Positions 39,701-50,239 of a stretch of DNA of 64,000 nt are shown piece after piece. This DNA is from Phallusia mammillata (Eukaryota), in the NCBI GenBank assembly GCA_965637545.1, contig OZ281494.1, forward strand, positions 9,176,001 through 9,240,000, written 5' to 3'. Below the pieces are notes generated by a model. The model ran no database searches. It saw nothing but the letters and a program-made list of their open reading frames with translations, and had not been told where the DNA came from. The translations under genes and the position numbers were made by a program. Position 1 is the first letter of the stretch. The number at the start of each line of letters is the position of its first letter.

Positions 39701-42700
39701 TTCCTGCAATTTTAATCTGAGTCGTGTCGTAGGTTGGGGTGAACCCAAAATTATACAGGCGTGCCCCGATGCAGGGTGCAATTGGGTTGCGTGGTAACAG
39801 AATGACGTCTGCATTGCGTTTTTGTCGAATTTACTTCTTTAGTTTATCGCAATTTTGTGGCGTTGAATAGGGTCAAAAAGGTACAACGTGGGTAAAAACT
39901 GTACATGTAAGATGTTTGACACACATAGGGAGGACAATTACCCCAATTTCGTACAATCGATTACCAATTATTACAGCCTTACGGGTCTACATAGTTGGAT
40001 TAGAGGGGTTTGCGTAAAATATAAGTCAATCACATCGGTGCAATGTGCTGCGTTGTAGTATTAACAAACGAGACAGAACAAACTTTCCACAGGATCTCGA
40101 GTCAGTTTTTCAAATTTAATGACCAACATATTTGACCAATGTTATATCGTACAGCACCAAAAGGACAACTTTACATGAATTTATGCGATTGTGTGACCTT
40201 CCGTTACACAATGTTTAAGTTAAAAGCAGAGTTCCACAAGAAAGAGCCATTTTCTTATAACTAGGTTAAACGTTTTTGATCCCGTTTCAAGACCGCCTGT
40301 CATCTCCAGTCAAATTATTGACCGAAAGATCTGGTGTCGCGAAACGTCGTCGCGGCTTGGCGTAGTGTTTACGGCTTATAGCTGCGGTGACATACAGGAG
40401 CATGACAAATTGCGGTCAATGCGGCGAAAACGTGCAGCGACCGCCGGATTACCAACAGACGGAAATAGACAAGTCCATAATATTTATTGATGGCGTCGCT
40501 ACAGCCGGGCCTAACTGAAGCCTATGCAATGAACGGAGCTTGTAATGCTTGAATGGCAAGTTAAAGTTTAATGCAGCTTCAATGTGAAACCTGAAAAGGG
40601 CAATAGCGTAATAGCTGTTGTGAGTTTGGCCATGGGCGCATGCGTTTGTTTTGTACATGAGCACACGTGGGCATAGGCTCGGCTTAGGCGAGTTTGCGCA
40701 CAAACAAAACGCAGCACAATGCCGATTTTGCGCAATAAACGCGTATGAGGCTGCTGCGCCTGCCGGGCTGTTGGGCGTTTCTGAAATGACGAATGTATCC
40801 AACACATAAGGAGCCAATTACACGAAGCCTGTCTTGTGGGCGTAAAGCGTTTATACGTCTTCGCTTTATAAGGAACGTAGAAAGCTACACAGTGAAATGT
40901 CTAACTTCTTTAAAGGAAGAGAATCTTATATATGGCCCGAAATTGCTGTATAAGCGCTACTATACAGATTCTACATATACAGCTTGCTTCAAACAACCAA
41001 GCAATGTTTTGGGGGTATACCTACAATTCAGTGGATTTCAACGAAATAAGCAAAGTCACAGTACCACCTGTAAATCAGTCAAACAAACATAATGCCGTCA
41101 ATCACAATTTGCCAACGCCAGCAAACAACTAAAGAGTCTATTCAGTTGGTATGAAGTAATAGCGCTGCTGAAACCAAACGTTTTCTATAAATGCCGTCTC
41201 ATAGTAAATGAATTTAACTTTGAAATCAAACGAACCCAAGAATGCTTTCCTGCATTTATCACCAACCCTTCTATGTTTGCACAACCTCCACGACGCCATC
41301 TAACGGCCGTCAAATAACGATTTAATACGAGACATTTCCTCGATAATAGCAAACACCAAACAAAAACATTGACTGGAAAGAACAAATACCTGGTTGCCAT
41401 ATCTTAAATCCTTGCGTGGTGTCAACGATTGCATTAGGTACAGTTTGGTTTCCGCTTATTACTGGTAAACCAACGTCATAGCCAGGATTGCCCGAACGTT
41501 GAACTGTGGGTGGGTTGATGAAGCTTGATCGTACAGTGAACGATTGAGACAAAATGTTGTCGGGTGGTGTTCCTAATACAATGGAAATGGTGATGTAGGT
41601 TTTCTAGTGTTTAACCACTGACTTGCAGATTTTATAACTGATTTAAAACGCATTTTGTCAGAAATAATAGCAGTAAAGTATCTAAACATGACATTTTTAA
41701 GAAGTAGCATAGTACAAAGGTTATGTTTGCAGATCGCTATGTTGCAACATCAAAAGTTTTAAATGCATTTAAAGCCAAATGACACCGGTTAAAAATCTCT
41801 GCTCCACCCAAATCAGCTCAGTGTTCTCAGAAGAGCGTTTGCAATCATTTAGGACTAAATCAAACCATTTAAAACAGAATATATTCTGCTGTATACAGCA
41901 ACAAGGAAAATGTGGTCACATATCTTGTTATTCGTCCAACCATTTTGGTAAAATGTTTTCGCAATATTAACAACTTTTAACACCAAATAAACCGTCTCTG
42001 GGTTTTGTTTCTATTACCTTCCCTTATGATCGTTTTGAAATCGCTAAGCTGTACACAAAAAGATTTTCAAAAACGTCTAAATTTATTTTATGCTTTGAGC
42101 TTTACAGCACCAAGAATGAATTTCTTTGCAGAAATAACTTACCCTCCGCCGGGAGCGTTCCAGTCAACGGGACATCGGCAAGGATGACGTCAACATCAAC
42201 GTTTGTCACACGATTTCCTTCCCACGTGATAAAATACGTCACACTGACCACCGCATTGTTGCAAGTCGCACCAGCCACTGTTGGCGAAACTACGTTTGTT
42301 GCTGGACCGATCGTGCCTAAACAATGCACGCAAATTACTAAAGTGTTTTAATACTATGCCTGCTTTCCATGTTGACTTGCACCTGTGAAGAACAAGAGTA
42401 ACAAAATTTTTACGTTGTATACAATGTATAGTTTTTTAAACGAATATAAAACGAGGCACAAATGTGTATCTTTTACCACTAATATCAAGTGATCATTGTT
42501 TGTTTGTTTGTTTTTTGTCTTAAAATTTCAAGCACCAACAACCGACGGTTTTGAAAATATTCTAGTGTTCTCCATAATTATACTTCCAGGTCTTGAAGAA
42601 AAACATAAATATAAAACAACACCTTCATGCACAGCATTTACACAACAATAGGCAGGCCCTTAACGCAAGGCTTAAAGACGCGCGTGGATTTGCTTTAGAC

Positions 42701-45700
42701 TTCTGAAGAAATTCAAAGTTGGCGGCGTTGATTGCAATCGGCGGGACAAACGTTGAAACTCGAGAGGCGCGATTTTGATCAATCACCGCGCATTCCTGAT
42801 ACGTACACGTGGAACGCTTGGGCCGTTTGTAAACGTTGCAAACCGAATCCGTTGTCATATTTTATTTGGACGCTCTTGAGTTTAGCGAGGATTTTATGCT
42901 GGAGCGCAGCTTGTCCACTACTTGTACGTATTTACTGCACAGTTACATTTACGAACAGACATTTTTCAAGGCTCTTTTGCACGAGTTTTACTGCATCCGA
43001 GAAGTTTTACTGATTGTTGGAGAGGCTTATTGCGAGAGTTTTATCAAAAAGCCGCAATTTCAGATACCAACCGGCAAATTTTACTGACCTGTTTAAGGTA
43101 CTGCATACCTTGTTAACTTAACGGTAAGTCAGAGTGACCGAAGTTGCATTATTTTCTTAAAAACGTTACAGACATATGTGCTTGAATCATGATTTAGAAA
43201 TATTTATTAAATTTACTTTTTGTGAAAAATCAAAATTGCTGTACGACAAACCAACCGCATAACTCTGCTAACATTCTTTCATTGTCCAGAAAAACCTAAA
43301 TCATGAAAAAATGATTTACCAAACCAAGATGTTTTTTATATCAATGTTATTCTTAAACGTGACTTATTAGACAACCAATTTTATTTGTTTAGAAAATGGC
43401 GATAGAGTCGCGTTTCCGTACCCGGGGAGGCTACAGTCACGTGACCCCCTACAATCGACAGAATCGCGGGGTGTTGGCCCGAAAACCCCCTGCACCCCCC
43501 ACTACTCGGGCCCGCAGCAGTGGTGCCGCAGCTTCATACGCTTTCGTCGCTTCGCAGCGAACGTCTTTGGGAACTGGTGGAGCTGTGACGTCAATGGGTC
43601 GCGGTCACATGGTGGCGCCATGTAGCCAGCAACAACCAGCGATGAAGGTCAACAAAACGTTGTACTGAAATTTTTGACAAAAATTCTGATGCAAATCATT
43701 TTTGTAGGTTTGTTTTTTCGTACAAATCCCCATCACAAACTGCAGAGATTCGTTTTTCCATTATGCAACAGTCAACATTTCATTATTTAAAATATTTTTG
43801 CCTATTTCAGACTTTACAGCAATGCGGAACAGGTGGGGTTCCATACAATTCTGACACAAACATGGCTTTCGTCGCAATGCCGATGACACTTCCGCCGCCG
43901 ATTTGCGCCCAAACCAGACTTCCCCAGTTCGACCGCTTGTATGAAGAGTTTGAAAAAATGAAGGTAAGGCCAAACCTGGATTTCCAGTAAAATTGCAATT
44001 GTTGAATACACAGATTTAGAAGACGTTGCGCTCTGGATTCCAAGCTTGTGTAGAATTTACTTAAGCTTTCCAATAACTTTTTGCAACTGCCCCTAGTTTA
44101 CAATCTTTCACTGGTATTTAGTAGGGCGGAGCTTTAAACCATTAACACAAGCACAGCATGAAAGAGTTAATTTCAATCCTCAATAATATTTTTTTTTCTT
44201 CCAGCGAGGTGGGTTTGTGATCCAGCCCCAACCACAACCCCAGCTTCCACCCCCACCAAGCACCCTTTCAATGGAACTTCAGGTACCTCCACCCCCAACT
44301 CAGCAATCGGTCCAGCGCATTCCAAGTCCCACACCCTCCGCTGGCTCTTGTGCATCATCTAGCGGTGGAGATCAGCCCGAGCAAGGAGTGTTCGCGACAG
44401 CCATGAAGCTCTTTATGCACTCCTATATGCCAACGGCCTGCTTTGATTGCGCCACTCCAGTAGACGATTGGGGAAGAGAAGCACAAGCGCTGCTCGCTGA
44501 AGTGATGGCGCCCGGCCAGGTCGACGAAAGGTATGAACCAACGTAGTTTAAAGGTCTTCGGAGTGTATGGTTTCAGCTAACTGGTGCTTATGAACTATTT
44601 CCAAAGGACTGTTTCTGCTAAAATCAAATTTTACTTGTGGCCCGTTTTCATGTACGACCATACAGTTCGAAACAAACTGACAGTTTGTCATTTAGATCCA
44701 CAAAGAGCACCTGGCCACACAGCTCCAGTAGCCGCAACACGTCATCAGACTATGACGTCAGTATCAGCGGGTCCAGTAGCCCCGATAAAACGTGTGGTAT
44801 TGGGGTCGGTCTAGGGCCCGTCTGCAACCCCATGTGGGTGAGCGGCACGCAGCAGCAACATAAGATGGACATCCATCGACACATACTAGAGATAAAGCCG
44901 TCACCTTATCCCGGGGGAAGTCCTCTCTCACTTCCGTCGGTTATAAGCAACCACAGCAGTGATAACGACGCTGATGACGAGTCCGTTGCGTCATCCACAA
45001 GGTATGGTTTGAAATTGAATGTTAACAAAATTTCGATGGTGGTAGTGTCGGTATAGTTGGGGCTACCACATTTTGACCCACAGGCGGAATGCAAGCCGAC
45101 GATTTAGACTAACGATGAAGATAGGTTATGTCATTGCAGTAAATGCTTTGACTGCGACGATTTAGGGTCATTAATCCATGACTGCTGGAAATTGCTACAC
45201 AGGACATATGTATTTTTATTTAATGTTTTTCACTCTGAAATTTCTATTTTGTCATTCTGTCATTTTACCTATTTCTCTAGGTTCGGTATGTCACATAGAA
45301 AATTCACCATCATAAGTTGGCTTTACAGATAGAAGAGAAAGAGTGACATGAAGTTTTGGCTTGTTCGCGTTAAGATTAAGAATAACTCATTAATCTATAT
45401 TTATGTTGTTCTATAGCAGCCCCGCTTCGATCGTTCCGAGGGCACCAGGCAACACAACAGTGCGCCGTCCGTCTTACAAGAAGAAACACGACTCTGCTCG
45501 AATTCGCTTGTCGATGGATTCTGGTTACCAGTCATCGTCCACAGACGGTGGCAGCTCTTGTCACGGTGGGTGCATGTGATACGTAAACGCACATTAGCCA
45601 ATCAGCATCTTTCACGTGACCATGTTTTAAAGGCAGCCAGGCGCCAGCGGGTGGTTTAGACTCGGACGGTTTCTCCTCAGACATTGGATCCACTTGTTCG

Positions 45701-48700
45701 TCTCGTCCTTCGTCGCCAACGCGAGATACAGGGTTTTTATCGCCCACCGACCTCCCACCTTATTTGAACGCCCTGCTTGAAGCACCCTGGATCCGAAACG
45801 CCTCGTCTAATGCACAAAGCCGTACGGCTGTACAACGCGACGCTCCTATACCTACTGTAGCTTCTGTGGGCGAGAATACTTCCATACCCATACAGTCACA
45901 GCCGTCGTCAGGCGCCGAGGGTAGCACCTACACGTACCACAAGCACAAAGATTGGATAACTGACGAGATTCTAGAGATGATTGTGGTACGAGATCGCCTC
46001 TACAAGCGCATGAAGAAGCACCCGGCGCCTGACATTGTCGACATGTACAAAAAGGTAACTGCTATTCTTGTTGTGTTTATCATGTGTGCCTGTTCTGGCA
46101 ATATAGGTACAGAAGTACAAAATGTATACGGTAGGTAAGGTTGAAATAAATGTAGTTTAAATATTAGATCCCAGTTCTAGAATGTAGATAGGTTGGCACA
46201 TATTGTAACAGAAAGTGGCATGCTTTTGTTTTTTATTAAACGATGGCAAAAATTAGCTAAATGGTTTAACAAAAAGATTTAGAATCATTGTTTTGAACAG
46301 TTGCCTATTTCAATGGACAAATTCGTCAAAATGTTGTTACGTCATGAAATCTACGTCATCTTTTCCAACACGAAGTCAAAAAGTAACCATGTTATTGCAG
46401 GTGCGGAACATGGTGGTTGGGATGACGCGCAACGCAAAAAGGGCTCACGAAAAAAAGTTGGAGGATGAAGCAGCACGATCAAGAATGTCAGGGTACCACA
46501 ATATGGGACGGTCGAGACCAAGACGTTCGTCATCAAGTTACCACAGACCAAGGTAGTAGTGGTACGTCATCGCCAGTTACGTCATTTTACCGCCAGGACA
46601 AACAATGTGAGATATTATTTCTATCTTGTGTATTTTAGTCGCGTTCCGTTTTGTTTTAATTTTTTCGTTTTTTCTCCGCATTTGTGTTTGTTATTTTTTG
46701 TTGCGTTGCGTTTTCAAGAGTTTTATGTGAAGCTGAAATAAATGTGCATGCATGATTTGATCACACATGAATTAGTTACCTGTTGAACCAGTAAAATTGA
46801 AGAGACTGACACCACTGCTGCTTGCAGCGCCAGTGTTGGTTTTCACATAGTTGGTGGTAGAGGTGTCTTTTCTGTAGGTGACCTGAAATTCAAACCTTAG
46901 TAAACAAACATGCTTAGATTTGAAATGCTATGATCTTTGGTCAATCTATGGTATGAAACCAAACATAGTGGGGAGTGCACAACGGTGCATATGTTTGGTA
47001 CAGAATAATTACTGAAGCTAAAGAAGTGTTAAGAGTTGCTACTGTTAAAACTGTTGTTTTAAGTTAATACACACAAACCGGGCTCCAAATAAAGACTTAA
47101 TTACATTGACATTGGCATTTTCTCCTCCAGGTGTAGACTTGATGCTTGTGGTGTTTGTAACATAATTATTAAAATCCAAGATAGAACCCTCAGCACAGTT
47201 CAAAGTTGTGACCGTTACATCACAATATGCAAAGGAATCATTTTGAAAAGGAACCAAGGCATTTTGCAAGCACTGGCCTGACAAGGATGTCTGAAAAACA
47301 AACAAATGGTCACTAAATTGTTAGTATTGTAATGAAAAAACGGTAGTTGTATACATTTTTTTGCAGTCATTGTTTGGCCTCACTAAATGCTTAACTCTGA
47401 ATAACAGATCTTAGGGGTCTTTCATTTACCAGTTTAACAAAGAGGTAAATTTTGCAGTAAAAACAAGACAAAGGCATTGGCAACAATGTTAAGAAATGAC
47501 GATACATTACCTGAGGAAGAGTAAGATAGCCAAAGATTATAGTGCCATTGAGCAATATTTCAATAATAATAGGATCTCCGTTGCGGTATGGTGTAGTTTG
47601 CATTGGCTCTTGAACTGTATTACTGACACTTGGGAATACAAAGTCGGTAGCACTGGCAAGTAATGCACTGGAAATGAACACAAACATAAATTTATCTTTA
47701 CAACAGAATGTAAGCTCATAGAACCTTTTTTCAAATTACTACCATGCAAGTATTTTAAAGTTTAAGATATCAAAACACATTTTTATGAAATCAAAAGAGA
47801 AAGTTTCTCTTTACTTCCCCTTTTCTGCTTTACAACATTTGCCTTTACCCTGAGCAGTGTTTTTTTAAGGTGTTTTGGGGACCGAAACGGCCCCCAAATT
47901 TCTCCAGCGGTTTCCCAAAATTTGGACTTTGGATTTTTTGGTATTTAAATGAAACACTTGCGGTCTCTTAAAACTACTTAGCGGTCACCCAAACCAAACC
48001 TTAAAAAAAAACCTGACCCTGAGCGTGTGTGTCAAAGACAATTTGCTTACTCTGTTTCTTGTGTTGTTAGTACACTTTGCCTTCCTGTAACATTAGCAAA
48101 GAATAGTCCCAGATCTGGAGAGTTAAGGCGCTGTATGCATGTAAATTGATGGTAGTCGGGTACATCAAACTGCTGGGTTGTGCACAATTGTGGATCATCG
48201 GTAGTGAAATTTCCACCAAACATGCCAGGAATGCATTGAAAAGTGCTCTGTTCTTCTGGTGTACACATCTGTTTAAAATAATTATTTCATTGATTTGTAT
48301 TAGTTGACCAAATTAATACTAAAACCTAAAAGATATTTTAATCAGATGAAATATAAAAAACACACAGTCAAATTTAGCTATATGTAACAATGATAGTGGC
48401 ACAAATTCCTTTCCAATGCATGTGCTAAGTTACATGCCAAAAATGGAAAACTGGTTAAAATTTTACAAAAAATGTTTGCATGTTCAAGTCATTTATCATC
48501 CATAATGCTTACCACATCACAACAACAGTCCGTGTCACAAAGATCCACATCCAAGTCACATTGACATGGGGCAATGTTCTGATATGCAGGATTGGGAAAC
48601 AAGGAAACTGCAACAATAACAATAGAAAAGTGTAAGTTTCACGAACATGCAAATTAACAGTGTAACTAAGCCATTTTTTGTCAACTTTTTGTCATGCATA

Positions 48701-49608
48701 AATATTTTTATACTTGCAAGTATATAATAAAGAAAAAACAAACGTTTTACCTCTGGCTGGCACAGAAAAGTTGTTGTTTCTTGCAATATTAGGTTGTACA
48801 TCAACATCTACCCTGGCTGATGCATTCAAATTAACTCCATTGCAGCACCAGACAACCAATGTTTGTATCAATCGAGATGCTGGACTGGTGTTTAAAGCAA
48901 TGGTCAGTGTTGCAAATGATACTGAACTCTAAATAAATCCTAAGTTGGTTAGCCTGTGTGTTTATTATTTTGTATGTAAAACCATAAAAGGGTTTGGCTT
49001 TATTTCAAAAGCATTGACGGCATTCTTTATTTTACTGATTAATTTGAATTATATATTTAATAACTAAACCTTTGCTTACCGGAAGTACAACAAAAGGTGT
49101 TTGGATGGACCAATCAGTTGAATTGGGTAGGGCACCTTAAATTTCATAAATCACTTGTTGATTTTAGAACTTTTCTATCATTACCATTTAGTATTACATA
49201 ACTTACCATTAAGGCAAAGAGCATCATTTGAAAATGAATCTATAAACAAAAGCACAATGTTGAATAAAATAATATTTCAGTGAAATTGGTTTATATGGTT
49301 ATGGTCAGAGCATAAATCTTTACAAAAAACAATTGTCCAGTTTTTGCAAACCTTGACTCAGTGCTTCCAGGATAGAACAGTTAAGTGATATTTCTGTGGG
49401 CTGATTAAGGTTAATGACCAACAATTGAAACTGCTCTAAATTCACGGTGTTTGTTGTAGGAAAGACTTGTACATCTGAAACAAATTACACTTCATCAATT
49501 GCATCATAAATACATCAAATTTTAAGACAATAAATTTAACCCACCTTGTGCAAAAATAAAATGTGCTAAAAATAAGAAAACTATGATTTTGCAAGAAAGG
49601 AAGTACAT
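9762..49608 (-). CDS. TCTN2: Tectonic family ciliary transition-zone protein, TCTN2-like (~768 aa, 17 exons: 49608-49545, 49474-49352, 49239-49207, 49135-49080, 48928-48751, 48607-48513, 48268-48051, 47667-47511, 47290-47105, 46882-46780, 42316-42143, 41572-41390, 13108-12868, 11230-11084, 10604-10467, 10354-10212, 9829-9762)
   Basis: All junctions are GT-AG and in frame (2307 nt). Signal peptide MYFLSCKIIVFLFLAHFIFAQ; tectonic Cys motif PCQCDLDVDLCDTDCCCD; RSGNPGYDVGLP; APLFGQDMSTGC; C-terminal CDGDATCWPELLLP plus a TM helix (WSLVVIYFALGAALLSL) resembling TCTN2 rather than TCTN1/3. The family call is strong; the subfamily call is moderate. Confidence 0.9.
11401..11498. repeat. Compound tandem repeat in TCTN2 intron 13
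   Basis: ttttcattggtctgtgacttt x3 interleaved with cccgcgacatacaatattt x2. Confidence 0.9.
12243..12450 (+). mobile_element. Possible decayed hAT transposase fragment
   Basis: Translation FPASVDDTTKF...IQVVY and PFGGAANEM weakly resembles the hAT DE.TD...RYV and YDGAA.M motifs. Confidence 0.3.
13600..13753. mobile_element. Truncated right end of the hAT MITE family found at 53538-53849
   Basis: ttcaaattgc...gaggaatgaatagttcgaaaa.gggcaaaggg.ggaatgtaacaaaaaaggttgggaaccactg is nearly identical to 53735-53849. Confidence 0.8.
14619..14757. mobile_element. Small hAT-type MITE (inverted copy of 47855-48015)
   Basis: Reverse-complement match to 47855-48015; termini caggtttttttt / aaaaaaacactg; degenerate TSD agcagtat / agcggcat. 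Confidence 0.75.
15750..16400 (-). mobile_element. Decayed hAT (ZMYM1-like) transposase fragment
   Basis: Broken frames give ...ASELLVEHIYKII..., KGRGY, GRSFNLDAC and ETLYFVTPTRL, in the order of the hAT motifs RGQGYD, H.LNL..DAC and LY.FF.S.KR. Confidence 0.45.
20681..20999. repeat. Tandem duplication, 2 x 160 bp
   Basis: aagctgcgcgct...ggacacatggcaaatgtat starts at 20681 and again at 20841 with only a few substitutions. Confidence 0.95.
21200..21400 (-). mobile_element. Decayed hAT C-terminal dimerisation domain fragment
   Basis: LPNVWPLLTQIIAFQTSS...NKTHLNRFERLTSSSI resembles FPNL..LL.I.LT.P.TS...IKT.LR..ERL..L..SI. Confidence 0.45.
23730..26450 (-). mobile_element. Heavily decayed hAT transposase fossil
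   Basis: Motif remnants occur in colinear order across broken frames: TTF-ZnF-like FQCDLFSRKRWFVY (~26280), QKYRAFSAH (~25870), CDA..QES (~25570), VSCGRHIFTL (~25090), FVLVVLNDTLS (~24800), TVT...AFLSI (~23800). Confidence 0.5.
26727..27285. mobile_element. hAT-type (Charlie-like) MITE
   Basis: TIR caggggtgggcaac / gttgcccgcccctg (13/14); perfect 8-bp TSD gtttaaag; subterminal cggcccgc repeats. Confidence 0.9.
28030..28600 (+). mobile_element. Possible decayed LINE ORF2 3' fragment
   Basis: Remnants AFDATKCHVIH, IKSLMRQ*DYCG and LRNPPAGNRYQEKLLPETL resemble FN..KC.V.H, YKSLIRP.LDYC and RY..SF.P.T. The spacing is shorter than expected. Confidence 0.35.
30946..31080 (+). promoter_or_regulatory. 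Putative promoter of the nested TSP1 gene
   Basis: GC-rich patch with the 12-bp palindrome cctgacgtcagg (CRE core) at 30946-30957 and TATATAAG at 31073-31080, ~125 bp upstream of ATG 31202. Confidence 0.5.
31202..37407 (+). CDS. Nested secreted TSP1-domain protein (antisense in TCTN2 intron 12). First exon 31202-31280 or 32702-32729, then 33456-33677, 34016-34142, 34419-34660, 34920-35082, 35297-35900; tentative 36253-36408, 37024-37140, 37315-37407
   Basis: Either first exon gives a signal peptide. Exon 33456-33677 encodes a clear TSP1 repeat (WNEWGKWSTCT...GMRVRSRSC...TC...QVETC). Splice phases stay consistent through 35900. Basic furin-type sites GKRRRRS and RGKRQ. The three 3' exons keep frame (~583 aa model) but one donor (GTCGCA) is weak, so the 3' end is uncertain. 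Confidence 0.7.
43396..46556 (+). CDS. Nested uncharacterised Ser/Pro/Gln-rich protein (587 aa; exons 43396-43647, 43811-43963, 44205-44530, 44696-45001, 45417-45565, 45633-46054, 46401-46556), antisense in TCTN2 intron 10
   Basis: Six GT-AG introns keep a single open frame (1764 nt). ATG is in aaaATGg context. AATAAA at 46737-46742. Mostly low-complexity, with a C-terminal helical motif DWITDEILEMIVVRDRLYKRMKK...MYKK|VRNMVVGMTRNAKR. Confidence 0.8.
47855..48015. mobile_element. Small hAT-type MITE in TCTN2 intron 7
   Basis: Termini cagtgttttttt / aaaaaaaaacctg; perfect 8-bp TSD accctgag; second copy at 14619-14757. Confidence 0.85.
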
Positions 49609-50239
49609 TATTTCCAAAAACACTGGTCAGAGAAGTAGTACAATTTTGCAGTTCATTCAGTTTCTTGATCTTGATCAACACTAGAAGTCACAAGTTAAAG
49701 TGTAGTGCGCGCTTTTGTTGCACAAAAAACTCATTGATTGTCAAAAGCAAAACAATTCATACAGTTATTTTCACAGTTCAGACATAAACACAATGGTTGC
49801 TAAAAGACACAAAGCTGTAAAAAGTATTACAGCGGAAAATCACTGCTTGGCTTCGTTCGTTACTACGCACAAAACTATTTTGCCGTTTGGCTGCACAAAC
49901 AATCGAAATCGCCGCCACAAATTATTTATGACGTCATAATTATTTGTGAACGACTTCTGTGTTCGTTTTGGTGATGTCCTCATTGGGATTTCACACAAAT
50001 TTAAAAGCACAAAAATGATTATAACATTAAAATTATAATACATTATAATTCATCAATTTTAAAAAAGAAAACAATTAACGCGGTTGCATAACGATGCAAC
50101 AAATCTACTAAACCAGGCTAGCAATGTCTTTTCCTGTTTGTAACCCTCATTGTGTTTTCAGTTGTGCGTGTGCATTGTTTCAGGATTACAGGCTTTGAAA
50201 GCTTTGGTGCTAGCGTGCAGACCCATTATTATTGAAGAA
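49609..50239. promoter_or_regulatory. Head-to-head (bidirectional) promoter region of TCTN2-like and WSCD-like
   Basis: Divergent ATGs are 631 bp apart. X-box-like GTTGCTAAAAGACAC (49796-49810); CRE TGACGTCA (49929-49936) at the centre of a 33-bp near-palindrome; GTTGCAT-AACG-ATGCAAC inverted repeat (50083-50100). Confidence 0.6.

Noticed and set aside
42330-42390. Strong-looking minus-strand acceptor (cttcacag) upstream of TCTN2 exon 11
   Set aside because: The required phase gives a stop after nine codons; the acceptor at 42317 keeps the frame.
49442-49681. 79-aa minus-strand ORF overlapping the TCTN2 5' end
   Set aside because: It is out of frame with the tectonic exons; the real start is the signal-peptide ATG at 49608.
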